From assembly GCA_951406725.2 (NCBI GenBank), contig OX597831.1, forward strand, positions 43,524,001 through 43,588,000: a stretch of DNA of 64,000 nucleotides, written 5' to 3'. Below the pieces are notes generated by a model that was given only the letters and a program-made list of their open reading frames with translations, did no database searches and had not been told where the DNA came from. This DNA comes from Octopus vulgaris. Taxonomy: Eukaryota. Below, piece by piece: positions 46,159 through 58,880 of the stretch (position 1 is its first letter; every line of letters starts with the position of its first letter). The translations under genes were made by a program, and so were the position numbers.

Positions 46159-46549
46159 TTATATATAAAAGTGAAGTTGTGTGTCTGTCTCCTACGATTT
46201 AGATTCCTAACTACTCCCACATTTTGCGGTGCAGTGTAACCAAAAGTGGGTATCTTATAGTCGTGATTCATATCGAGCCCTTCTGGGTATTAGCGCGCGT
46301 CTACGATGAGTCTACGATTTTAAAAAAAATTTACCATAATTTTTTCCCATTTTTAATCCATTTTTTTGCTATTATATAAGGGAAGTAACTCTCTAAAGAT
46401 GTATTATTAAATCTCAGAACGTAAAAAGCTACCGTAACACCCTCCTTTGTGGTTAGCCATATTGAGATGGCTATTATACTTTACATCTCTAAAACTGCTT
46501 ATATAGCTATTTCCCTTACAAACCCGAGCAACGCCGGGCGATACTGCTA

Positions 46550-46550
<1 letters not shown>
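46156..46550 (+). mobile_element. Non-autonomous Helitron
   Basis: Starts A|TC and ends CTAG|T, with subterminal hairpin cccgagcaacgccggg. Inserted in a TA tract. Confidence 0.85.
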
Positions 46551-46585
<35 letters not shown>

Positions 46586-47530
46586 GATGTATAATATTAA
46601 AGATGTATAGTAGAATATAAACCAATATGAGGCCTGTTGTGAAGAAGGAAAAATACACAATCAGGTTTTATGAAGGATTGTGAGTCACAGTGTCTATTAC
46701 TTGAAAACTTTACTCTCTGCATGGTGTATCTAGGAGAAATTAGCCAGCCAGAGCGGCCACTCCTATTAAGCTTTTAGTATTCAGATTACTTTGTCAAATG
46801 AAATGTTTATTCATCCAGTGTTTTGAATTAATCATGCATTATCTTGTAGCTTTGAGATTTCAATGATGTGATTGTTTATTTCTAGAATGATAATATAGGC
46901 AGGTGTGAGAGGCCAGATATGGTCAGCTTCAACATAAAACAACGTAGGATTTCAATGATGCGATTTATTGTTAGAATGATGTTGTAGGGTAGGTGCGAGA
47001 GGCCAGATCCGGCCAGTTTGAATATAAGACAGGTAGAGTATCTGGGGCAGGTATGGCCAGTCTGGATGTCTGTTAGTTAAAGCTATAACAATGGAAAGAT
47101 TTGAATACAGTACCAAAAGTTAAAGAGAAACTTATTAAATGTTACAACCTGCTGCTGATTACCCCACCCATGGTGGTATCCATTTACAGCTAGGTGGACT
47201 GAGCCAGCAAGAGTTATGCGCCTTGGCTGTGAACACATTGTGGTGGTGGTTATGGGACATGACCAGTGAGTCCTTCAGTTTATAGTCTAATGGCCTACGT
47301 TATAAACTTAGATCGATTCAAAGAATAATAATGTCTACAACAGAGTCTAATTTAAAAGCCCTCATCCTTTTTCTAGGCCTCTGAAACTTTGTCTACAGGA
47401 TTTTAATTAATCTTTCAACGAACTAGTCATAGCTTATAAGACAAACCTTACACTTCCATACAAAACAGTAACTCGTTTCACTCGAAATTACGACAAGATA
47501 AAATACAGGGTTGAATTAAAATATGCTTAC

Positions 47531-48118
47531 CGTTTACCACAAAATCGACAAGTGATACGAGATCCAGGGCTTCCACTACTGTTCATTAGACAACCCGGAC
47601 TTCCGTTACTAGACAAAGCACCATTTTCACAAAGGTTTGACACGGTCAGTGCACCAGGCGGTAGCACACTTAAAGCACAACCATTTTCAGGTATATCATT
47701 CGTATTGGTTACACCGCTTCCTCCTCCTCCACCTCCTCCACCACCTCCACCTCCACCACCTCCTCCGCCACCTCCTCCTCCTCCACCACCTCCTACTCCG
47801 CTGCCTCCGCCACCACCACCACTACCACCACCACTGCCGCCGCCACCAGTACCACCATCAATGCCACCATTACTACTACTACTGCTGCTGCTGCTGCTAA
47901 CACCACTAGCCCCACCACCACCTCCACTGGTCGCAGAAGTTTGGTTGAGAGCACCAGGAGGTAGGACGGAGCTGCCAGATATAGATGGTGGTGGTGGTGG
48001 AGGTGGCGGGCCTCCCCCAGGAGGCAAGCCTGAACCTGGATCTGCATATGATTCAGCCATAATATCTGCATCAGATATTGCTGTTCCATTCATTGTTACA
48101 CTTTTTTCAAAATCAGCC
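47531..48118 (-). CDS. C2H2 zinc-finger TF, coding exon 2 (Pro/Gly/Ser-rich region, first half of finger 1)
   Basis: Acceptor tttatag|G at 48118 and donor CG|gtaag at 47531; 588 nt. Ends with CRFCGKR, which is completed by [14 protein letters not shown] in the next exon. Confidence 0.93.
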
Positions 48119-48689
48119 CTATAAATTTGAGAAAACAATGAAGAAAAAAGGGGAAATAAAAGTTATATAAACTAAATTGAAAAGAAAGGTAAAAAAAAAA
48201 AAAATAGTAAAGAAACCCCAAAATTCTAAGGGTTTTTGAGACAAAAAGAAAAAAAAAAAAGGCACAGCTTTTGGGAGTTGGAATACATAAAATATATTAA
48301 GGAAAAGGTCCTATATGTTGAAACCCTTTTGTATGATATAATATACTATAAAAAGATATCAGAAAAGGTAAATGGAAATCATATTGTGAATTTAAGATTG
48401 TAACAGGAATAAAAATTAGGTACCTACAACGTGACAGAAAGTGTTATTTGTTGAAAGAACCATTTAATAAATACTTCAACCAAATTCTGGGACGAACAAT
48501 AAACAAAAAAAAAAAAATTTACTAATGTTTTTCAGCAGAGTTAGCAAAAATGTAAAAGTGGCAAAAAAAAAAAAAAATGTTCAGATTTCAAAACTATGTT
48601 TGTGTAACACGAAGAGTATTCTTTTTACTGGTGCTCAGAAGTTAGAGTTACAAATGTTCTTCTAATACAATGGCTGTGTATAATAATAT

Positions 48690-49150
48690 TGATTTCAAAT
48701 GTTGGTAGAAGGTGTTAGCAATTTCAAGGAAGCAGGGAAGTTGATTACATCAACCCCCAGTTCTCAACTTATACTTAGTTTGACTGACTCCCAAAAGAAT
48801 GAAAGGCAAAGTCGATCTCAGCAGAATCTGAGCTCAGAAAGGTGGTGAGCTGGTAGAAACGTTAGTACGCAGGACGAATGCTTCACAGTATTTCATCTGC
48901 CACTACGTTCTGAGTTCAAATTCTGCCGAGGTCGACTTTGACTTTCATCCTTTTGGGGTTGATTAAATAAGTACCAGTTACGCACTGGGGTCGATATAAT
49001 TGACTTAATCTGTTTGTCTGTCCCCTCTGTGTGTAGCCTTTGGTGGGCAGTAAAGAAATAAGAATTTGAGCTCAGAATGTAAAGACAAACGAAATATCGC
49101 TAAACATTTTGCCTGGCATGTTAACAATTCTGCCTGCTCATGCCTTGAGA
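48690..49150. mobile_element. Family B SINE (+, 48840-49060) nested in an opposite-orientation family B SINE
   Basis: 17-bp target duplication agaatctgagctcagaa (48823-48839) / agaatttgagctcagaa (49061-49077). Confidence 0.88.
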
Positions 49151-49664
49151 GCTATATATAATACTGATTTCAAATTTTGGTACAAGGCCAGCAATTTCAG
49201 GAGATCATGTAAATCAATTACATCGACCTCAATGCTCAACTTATTGATTTTGGAAGGATGAATGGCAAAGTCAACCTTGGTAGAATTTGAGCTCAGAACA
49301 TAAAGATGGACAAAATCCTTCTGAACATGACACCTTAAGTTTTACACATAAAACATGCATTTTTGTTTTTACTAAATATTCATTTTTCTAAAAAGAACCC
49401 CCCCTCCAAAAAAAAAATCATGTCAACAGCATTCATCTCTATTATTAGCTTTTCATCACCTTCATCTATTCTCATAGCTTATGTGTTGTTTCAGGTGGTC
49501 ACAAATTCTTTTTGTCCTCATTACCTGTTCAAATATTGGTAGCAATTACTGTTTCTTTTTGTGATGAGCAGATTGGCTTCTGAGGTTATAACTATGTAGA
49601 AATGTCACATCAAGACATATACATTTTTGTGCATGAGACATTTTGTCACCATCTATTTGGCATA

Positions 49665-49915
49665 AGTAAATGTGCATGGCTTAGTGGTTAGGGTATCGGA
49701 CACTCATGATTATAAGATTGTGGTTTCGATTCCTGGACCAGTTGATGTATTGTGTTCTTGAGAAAAACACTTCATTTCATATTACTCTAGTTTACTCAGC
49801 TAGAAAAACTGAGTGACTCTGCAATGGACCAGCATTCCATTCAGGGATGAATATATATGTCAGAGAAACTTGGAAACCAGCCCTATGCTCATTATAGAGT
49901 AATGTGAACCAACCC
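49665..49915 (+). mobile_element. V-domain-type tRNA SINE inserted in an older DNA element
   Basis: Head gcatggcttagtggttaggg...ggtttcgattcc followed by ttcttgagaaaaacact, flanked by atttggcata direct repeats. Confidence 0.7.
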
Positions 49916-50296
49916 ATTTGGCATAGCTGATTCAGTGCTGACTTATTTAACATCAGACATTTTAACGCATCTCATTCTCTTCATCTCTGTTTCTGCGTTT
50001 ATGTGTAAGCATATTTCTTTTTCATGTTTATGAAGAGAACGGAAAAATTTATATCAATCATGTTCAATTAATAGATTATAACATATCTCTCTCTTCCTCT
50101 CCCTCTCACTATATGCATGTGTATGATTATGTGCATGCATGTATATATGTGTGTGTGTGAGTGTGTGTTTGCCTCTAGTGCTAAAAAGTACTGTCACCGA
50201 AATAGGTTCATTGTCCAGTTAGCTGTGCCAAATTGCCAATGTCCAAACTGCTGAATCAAATTGTCTTACTCCATGTTTTTGTTGCATTGTGTATGT

Positions 50297-50341
<45 letters not shown>

Positions 50342-51246
50342 CAGAGGTCTAATGTTCCTCTCCCCATCACAAAATCCCAGCAGAAAGACTCTCATGCATT
50401 AGTCAGTGTGGGTCACATGAAAAAAAAAAACACATGGAGTTCTTTTGTAGGTAAAATATAAAAACAAGAAGAAAAAAAAAAAAATATATCTCATGTCATT
50501 CACAGGTAAATATAGAATAAATATAAATACTGAAAATATACATTCCAGAGATAATCATAATCTTAATAATCGTTATAATTTTCATCATCATTATCATCAT
50601 CCCACCGTTGTCATCATCGTCATCATCATCATCATCACCAATCATCAATAATAAGGCCAGCAGTGTTTTTTTTTCGAAGGAGGGGCTTACTTAATTATAT
50701 CAATCCCCATTACTTTTATTGACCCCAAAAGGATGAAAGGCAAAGCTGACCTTTGCAGCATTTGAATTCGGAAAGTGAAGCCAAAAGAAATGTCGCTTCA
50801 CTTAACATTTTGTCTGACATACCGATTCTGCCACCTCGTTTGCCTTAATAAAAACGGGTTTCAAATTTTGGCACAAGGTCAGCAAGCCCAGGAGAAGAGG
50901 TAAGTCAATTACATCGACCCCAGTATTCAACTGGTACCTATTTTATCGACCCTGCAAAGATGAAAGGCAAAGTTGACCTTGGCAGAATTTGAACTCAGAA
51001 CATAAAGACCGCCCAGCATGCCATCGATCCTGCCAGCTCACCACCTAAATAATAATAATAATAATAATAATCATCATCATCATCGTTTAACGTCCGCTTT
51101 CCATGCTAGCATGGGTTGGACGATTTTGACTGAGGGCTGGCGAACCAGATGGCTGCACCAGGCTTCAATCTTGATCTGGCAGAGTTTCTACAGCTGGATG
51201 CCCTTCCTAACGCCAACCAATAATAATAATAATAATAACAATAGTA

Positions 51247-51407
51247 GTTTTTCAGATGTTTTTTCAGGTTGGGTGGTACTGAACCCAATGCTCAAATGAC
51301 AATACGGATAACCTTTATGAGTCGAACATAAGGGGTTATCTCTGTTGTAATCGGAGCACTGGGTTCAATACCACCCAATCTGAAAAAAAAAAAAAACATT
51401 TGAAAAC
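51247..51407. repeat. Imperfect ~160-bp palindrome (MITE-like)
   Basis: ttcaggttgggtggtactgaacccaatgctc..ggataacctttatg | cataaggggttatc..gagcactgggttcaataccacccaatctgaa. Confidence 0.8.
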
Positions 51408-51950
51408 CTTAGAAATACCCTATAATCTAGATGTATTGCAAAAGTCAGCATTACTTAGAATTGCACGCATATTGCATAAAGTACTGTCTGTTTGAGGTCC
51501 TTGTTGTGACTTGACAAACAGTGCAAACCCCCAGTAGGCACAATATCTTCAATCAACAACCTCACAATATTGTAAACTGTATGATGTCTATAATCATATT
51601 AATGATAATAATAATAATAATAATAATAATAATTATAATTATAATGTTAACAACAGCATCAACAACAAGAAGCTTAAGGCCCAAAAAAGGTAACACTGTA
51701 CACACCACGCACAACAGAATGCACTCAAATAAAACAAGAAACTAAACCCCACAATAAAATATTCTGATGGAGTACAGCAACAGGTGGAGTCTACACTCCT
51801 CCATTCCCCTAGAAAAGAGGAATATGATGCTGTACACACCTCAAGAATACAGGAGTGCACCAGGTGACAAAACAGAAACTCACATAAAACTACCAAAGAA
51901 AAACTTTTTTAATAATAATAATAATGATGATAACAATAACAATAATAATG

Positions 51951-52010
<60 letters not shown>

Positions 52011-52236
52011 GTCTTTCCTCCTATAGGAACAAGGCCTGAAATTTTGAGGGAGGGGTAAGTCAATTACATTGAACCCAGTGTTCAACTGGTACCTAGTTTA
52101 TCGTCTCCGAAAGGATGAAAGGCAAAGTCAGCCCCAGTGGAATTTGAACTCAGAACACAGCGGCAGATGACATGTTGCTAAGCATTTCATTCAGCATGCT
52201 AACCAAAATACTACTACTGCTACAATTACTACTCCC

Positions 52237-52270
<34 letters not shown>

Positions 52271-52322
52271 ATAATAATAATAATAAGTCACTGTCATATC
52301 CCTCATTCTCATACACACACGT

Positions 52323-52377
<55 letters not shown>

Positions 52378-55021
52378 TATATACAACGGGCTTCTTTCGG
52401 TACCAAATCCACTCACAAGGCTTTGGTCGGTCCGAGGCTACAGTAGAAGACACTTGCTCGAGGTGCCACGTAGTGGGACTGAACCCGGAACCATGTGGTT
52501 GGTAAGCAAGCTATTTACCACACAGCCACTCCTACACCTATATTTATTTTCTGTTCCTTTTTTTTTTAAAGTTTTTGCTATTTTTCTACAAGTGGGTGAC
52601 CTTTCCTATTGCTAACCAGTCAACCATGAAGTTGAGTGATTCGTTTCATGTCAATCAGTCAAAAGGGAGAAAGTAGAGTTATGTACCTTGTTCAGGGGAC
52701 ATAACACAAGCTAATATAAAACCATTTTTCTCTTTCAGGGGTTTCTCCAACTTTTGTACAAGTAATCCTAGCAGCCCTGAGCTACGTAACCAAATAAATG
52801 CAACCATTTTATAGAAACACAACAGCACGTCTATAAAACGAGTGGAGAGCCATTTGCTGTTCCCATCCGCTTATTGTAAACAAGGGTTCCTGACAATCTT
52901 TACTCTTTTACTTGTTTCAGTCATTTGACTGTGGCCATGCTGGAGCACCGCCTTTAGTCTGAGCAACTCGACCCCGGGACTTATTCTTTATAAGCCCAGT
53001 ACTTATTCTATCAGTCTCTTTTGCCGAACCGCTAAGTGATGGGGACATACAAATTTTAGGTAAAAAGCATTTTTTATGAAATTATTTATAAATAACCCTT
53101 TCTACTACAGGCACAGGTCTGAAATTTTGTGGGAGAGAGCTAGTCGATTATATTGACCTCACTGCGTAACTGGAACTTTTCTATCGACCACCGAAAGGAT
53201 AAAAGGCCAAGTCAACCCTCCGCGGAATATGAACTCAGAACGTAAAGACAGACAAAATGTTGCTAAGCCTTTTTTTTTTTTTTGTCCAGCATGCTAACGA
53301 TTCTGCCAGCTCGCCGCCTTGAAATTTTTTTTTTACGAATAATAAAAGTAGTTTGTGAACGTTGTTTATTGATAAGCCTACTACCGAAACTGAGGGCGAG
53401 TTCTTGTATGTGATGCGGGAGCAAATGGCTGTGGCTATATTATATTTCATAATGATCCTTACATGGATACATCATCATCATCATCATCATCATCGTTATT
53501 TTTAATGTCCGCTTTTCTGTGCTTGCATGGATCGGGTGAAGTTCATTGAGAAAGATCTTCTGCAACCTGATGTCCTTCCTGTGGCTAAGCCTCACCTGTT
53601 TCGGAACAGGGTAATGTTTCCTTTGACTGGACATGTTTTCCAAGGAAGACTGGGAACGAGTCTTCCTGCGCTTGAAATTATTGTGATTCTCATTTAAAAC
53701 TCTCCTGTGATGTTAAGACAGAGACACAACATACATACACACACACACACTTTATACATATGTAAGCATTCACACACACACACACACAGCATCTTGATAT
53801 TTTACCCTGTGGAGGCACCACCTTGAAAAGTTTAGCTGAACAAATCAGCCCTGGTACTGTCTTTTTTTAAAGTCTGGCACTTATTCTATTGGAATTTGTT
53901 ACCAAACTAAGTTTCAGGGATATAAACAAACTAACATTGGATGTCAAGTAGTTGGTGGTGGGGGTTGAAGGCAAACACACATACGTGTATTTGTATGTAT
54001 ATACAAAGAGTTTCTTTCAGGTTCCATTTACCTAATCCACTTGCAAGAATTTGGTTGGCCCAAGGACATAGAAGAGACTTGCCCAAGGTGTTGTGCAGTG
54101 GGACTGAAACTGGAACCATATGGTTGGGAAGCAAACTCCTTACCCCACAGCCACGTCTGTCAAATGAAACAGTAAAACCCTTATCAGCAAACAGCCTACT
54201 ATCAATATTATGTGACCCTTTTGTTTGAAGTCATGTATCATTGTTTCTCAAAAAAGGGTGCATGCCCCACTGAAGGGGTGTGGGTTATTTTAGAATCATG
54301 TGTAAGTAATAAGGGAATAAAAGATGCAGTTAGGTTTTAATTAAAGCTCCTTTTGAATATGCCATTATCATCATCATGTCCACTTCTTCCCATGCTGGCA
54401 TAGGTCAGACAGAGTTTTTAGAAGCAGGTTTTCCTTAGCCAGATGTCCTTGTTGTCACTGACCCTTTCTATTTCTTTACTACCCACAAGGAGATAAACAC
54501 AGAGTGGACAAACAAGGACAGACAAACGGATTAAGTCGATTATATCGACCCCAGTGCGTAACTAGTACTTAATTTATTGACCCCGAAAGGATGAAAAGCA
54601 AAGTCGACCTCGGCAGAATTTGAACTCAGAACAAAGCGGCAGATGAAATACCACTATGCATTTCGCCCAGCGTGCTAACGATTCTGCCAGCTCGCCGCCT
54701 TTCCTGCTTCCAGGTAAAGTAATACTTTCCTGTGGCCAGATATGTTTTTCATGAAAGACTGCGAACAAAGAACATCACTTGTTTGACAGTGATGCTCATT
54801 TACAACCATCACGTGATGTCTAGATGAGGTAACCCACCACACACACACACATACAGCAAGCTTCTCCCAGTTTCCATCTACCAAGTTGCATTTACAGCTC
54901 TTTGGTCAAGCCAGGGCTATAGCAAACGGTACTTGGCCAAGATGCCACATGGTAAGATTAATCCTGAAACCACATAGCTGGGAGGCAGGCAACTTAACAA
55001 CACAATCATATATATCACAAA

Positions 55022-55057
55022 TGCCTGATGAACAGTCATGTGAAACTCTCAGTAACA
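55022..55057 (+). ncRNA. Degenerate minimal hammerhead motif
   Basis: tgc CTGATGA ac agtcat gt GAAAC t ctc a GTA aca. Core, stem II and stem III are present, but stem I is mismatched at its first pair. Confidence 0.4.
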
Positions 55058-55339
55058 GTTCGTGAAATTTTTCGATGAGTTGTAGTGCACCAGAACACTG
55101 TACTCAATATACTCATTGTTAATATTTTTGATTTTATCAATCTTATCTATCATTCTTCCTCTTCCCCACCACCAAAACAACCACAGCTGCAATTGCCACC
55201 ACCACCACCGGTGCCCACCACTATCAACACCACAATGTTAAGGATATAAGACCAAAGAGGATAGAGAGAAGTGAGATGTGTTCAGTCTTTCCAACAGCAT
55301 CCATCCACCCTGTATATGAACAACAAAGAGTGTGTTGTT

Positions 55340-55370
<31 letters not shown>

Positions 55371-56810
55371 CAGCAGCAGTGATAGTAGTAGTCAGTACCT
55401 GGCTCCAATCTGATCTGGCAAGGTTTCTACAGCTGGATGCCCTTCCTAATGCCAACCACTCCGAGAGTGTAGTGGGTGCATTTTACGTACCACCGGTCAA
55501 ACTGTTCAACCAACGCCAGCATGGACAACAGACGTTAAATGATGATGATGATGATGATGATGATGATATTTATGTGTGGAATATATAGAAAGTCAGGAGG
55601 TATGAAATAAATATATTTCATTTCATCAGTTGATATCCATAAAATGTTGAGCATTTCACAGCCAACATCATGGGAAAAGAATTTATTTTAGTGTATAATA
55701 CCAGCATAGAAAGTGAACATTACACGATGACGATGATGATGTTTGCACTAGGGTATATGTTATAAATTATATAATAGTATTGTACATTCTACACGCTAAT
55801 ACAAATATAGAAGGCTAGCTCATCAGATTTATAGAATATCATCCATCCTACAATATACGCATATAAAAATGTACTGGTTTACTATGTGGTTTGTAGCCTG
55901 GTCCACTGAAGGATCTCTCTCATGAGTATCCCCAGATTAGATAAATCCATATATTGTGCATTAAATATACCTGTCTATCACCATTTGACAACTGGTGTTA
56001 GTGTGTTTATGTCCCCATAACTTAGTGGTTAGGCAAAAGAGATCGATAGCATAAATACTAGGCTTAAGAAATAAGTCCTGGGGTCAATTTGTCTTTCTAA
56101 AACCCTTCAAGGTGGTGCACCAGCATGGCCACAGTCAAATAACCAAAATGAGTAAAAGAATAAAAAAATATATATGTACACACATAAAGAGAGAGAGAGG
56201 GTGGGGGTGGGGAATGAAAGACTAAAGGAAACAAGAATCAGTAAAAGAAAGGGCACCCAACTGTAGAGCCCTACCTCATTAGGTCTCATTCAACCCATGC
56301 CAGCATGAAAAAAAAAACAGGTATTAAAACGACGACGATGATGATGATGATGGTAACTGATGATGATTACCATGAGTTGTTAAGTGCCTTGAAAGCTGTA
56401 GTAGATTCCAACACAACCTCATAGAATTTGTGATTGAATGTTCCACCAAAATCTATCTCTTTATCCTAGGCTGTCAATCTACTCAGTCCTACTCGACCAA
56501 TAATCTCACTTAAGATATTCTACACTCAAGTGATGTTTGATCAAAAGATAACGAATGAAGGAAGGAAGGAATCTAGGCGGGAAAGATAATCCATCACATG
56601 CTAGCTTCCCTACACACTTTCAAGTAAGATAGATACCAACATGCAAAGAGTTTTACCTGATTACATAGAAAACGTTTGTCAACAAGACATGAAACTCTGG
56701 CCTACAAACACAATAACCTCTAATCACTCATACAAATGCATACACTCTCCCCTTGACACATACACACATGCGCACACAAGGTAATGTTTAATATGTAAAC
56801 AATTTCTTAC

Positions 56811-56848
56811 CTTTGCAGAAGTATTTCAAGAATTTGGTTTGATGGCAT
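56811..56848 (-). CDS. C2H2 zinc-finger TF, first coding exon (MPSNQILEILLQ+ag); whole exon 56811-56891
   Basis: Acceptor ttctgtatatttag|G at 56891 and donor AAG|gtaag at 56811/56810. ATG at 56848 is preceded by in-frame TGA and TAA. Its phase-2 end joins the next exon in frame (caa ag|g gct gat = Q R A D). Confidence 0.75.
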
Positions 56849-56849
56849 T

Positions 56850-56870
56850 TCAAAAAAAAGCCAGAAGCAT
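56850..56870 (-). promoter_or_regulatory. Upstream ORF (MLLAFF*) ending 1 nt before the main ATG
   Basis: ATG CTT CTG GCT TTT TTT TGA a ATG CCA, read directly on the minus strand. Confidence 0.6.
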
Positions 56871-57321
56871 TAAGTCCAAACTGGTTTTCACCTAAATATA
56901 CAGAACAAGTTAAGTTTACAAGTCTATAAGTTCTGAAATTAATTACTGAGGTAGAATAGTATCATTTTGCCAGACTGTTAAACTCAAAATAAAATGCAAT
57001 ATATCATATTTACTCATGTATAGACCATACCCCTAATGTAGTGTTAAATTTTGGTGCAATTTTTTTACCATTCATTTTTCACTTTTCCCAGAATATAGGT
57101 CACACCCCAGATTTTTCAGTCAAAGTCAAGAGTAATATAGTATGACTTTTAGACAAGAAAAAAATACTAATTCATAAAATGCCACACAGTACAATATCGT
57201 ATGATATAACATAATACAGTACAGTATATAATATCATTAATATGTGGTTACTTGATCAGCTAGAAACTACAGCCTAATCAAAACCAAACTCTCTAAAGTC
57301 ACCAATATTAATAGATAACAT

Positions 57322-57730
57322 AGGCGCAGGAATGGCTGTGTGGTAAGTAGCTTGCGTATCAGCCACATAGTTCTGGGTTCAGTCCCACTGCATGGCACCT
57401 TGGGCAAGTGTCTTCTACTATAGCCTCGGGCCAACCAAAGCCTTGTGAGTGGATTTGGTAGATGGAAACTGAAAGAAGCCCGTCGTATATATATGTATAT
57501 GTGTATATATTTGTGTGTCTGTGTTTGTCCCCGTAGCATTGCTTGACAACCGATGCTGGTGTATTTACGTCCCCGTAACTTAGCGGTTCGGCAAAAAAGA
57601 GACCGATAGAATAAGTACTAGGCTTACAAAGAATAAGTCCTGGGGTCAATTTGCTTGACTAAAGGCGGTGCTCCAGCATGGCCGCAGTCAAATGACTGAA
57701 ACAAGTAAATGAATAAAAAAGAATAAAAAG
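57322..57730 (+). mobile_element. Full-length tRNA-derived SINE, family A
   Basis: A box tggctgtgtgg, B box ggttcagtcc, internal TA/TG tract, and tail gactgaaacaagtaaa. Confidence 0.92.
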
Positions 57731-57849
57731 AATTTTATATTATTACTGATTTTTGTTTTCCTTTACTAGGAACAAGGAACACCAGTTTTGAACTCATGAT
57801 CTTCAAACAAATTGAAGAATACACTGGGTATACATATACATATACATAC

Positions 57850-57896
<47 letters not shown>

Positions 57897-57929
57897 TGAG
57901 AAAGTTGGTTTGTGAAAGAACTTGGTTGA

Positions 57930-58258
57930 ATATATAGAAAATAGTAAAAAGTGTAAAAACTACAGAAGGCTTGTTTTAAAAGGTTAAAAAATATATATTT
58001 GAGTCAATATGTCTGAAGAATATTAAAAATTTTTTTCCTACAATGACATAGTTTAGAAGAAATGACCGGTTTCGCGTTCAGCTTTTCAAATTTCTTACAT
58101 CGTTATGTTTGAAAAGCTGAACGCGAAACCGGTCATTTCTTCTAAACTATGTCATTGTAAGAAAAAAATTTATAATATTCTTCAGACATATTGACTCAAA
58201 TATATATTTTTTAACCTTTTAAAACAAGTCTTCTGTAGTTTTTGCACTTTTTACTATT

Positions 58259-58268
<10 letters not shown>
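57930..58268. repeat. 161-bp-arm inverted repeat (17-nt spacer), Penelope-like, containing hammerhead motifs
   Basis: Arms 57930-58090 and 58108-58268 with about 4 mismatches, flanked by TA microsatellites. Confidence 0.95.
58057..58096 (-). ncRNA. Minimal type I hammerhead ribozyme, U3-A8 core variant
   Basis: aagaaau UUGAAAA gc ugaac gc GAAAC cg GUC^auuucuu, with a perfect 7-bp stem I and palindromic stem III ACCGGU. Confidence 0.65.
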
Positions 58269-58337
<69 letters not shown>

Positions 58338-58591
58338 TGTATGTATGTATGTATGTATGTATGTATGTATATGCGCACACACACACACAAAGGTTGAAAC
58401 TTTGAAGCTGCTGCCAACCCTGTACTTGTAGAAGTTTAAAAAAAAACAATTTTCTGATAAAAAGTCCTTCAGATTAATGTCAAATTGTTTTCATACAGCT
58501 TGGCTTAATGTCAACTTGTTTTGATATAACTTTTCATTAAAAACAAACACTAATGTATATATACATACATGTAATAATACAATACATACAG

Positions 58592-58880
58592 GTATGTATG
58601 TATGTATGCATGCATGTATGTATGTATGCATGTATGTATGCATGTATGTATGTATGTATGTATGTATGTATGTATGTATGCATGTATGTATGTATGCATG
58701 TATGTATGCATGTATGTTTGTTTGTATGTATGTATGTATGCATGTATGTATGTATGTATGTATGCATGTATGTATGCATGTATGTATGTATGTATGTTTG
58801 TATGTATGTATGTATGTATGTATGTATGCATGCATGTATATATGTATATATGTATGTATGTGTGTGTGTGTGTGTATGTA
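58592..58880. repeat. (ATGT)n/(ATGC) tetranucleotide microsatellite
   Basis: Direct reading. Confidence 0.95.

Larger units (their letters stand above)
50650..56160. mobile_element. Intronic mosaic of family A/B SINEs and RTE-tail fragments
   Basis: Copies at ~50650, 50860, 51072, 52012, 52380, 52898, 53095, 53470, 53810, 54465, 54850, 55398 and 55980. Confidence 0.75.

Noticed and set aside
47552-48124. 190-aa Pro-rich + strand ORF
   Set aside because: It is the antisense shadow of the Gly-rich coding exon.
57322-57400. tRNA gene calls for SINE heads (also 62740-62811)
   Set aside because: A/B boxes are present but there is no full cloverleaf, and the heads run into SINE bodies.
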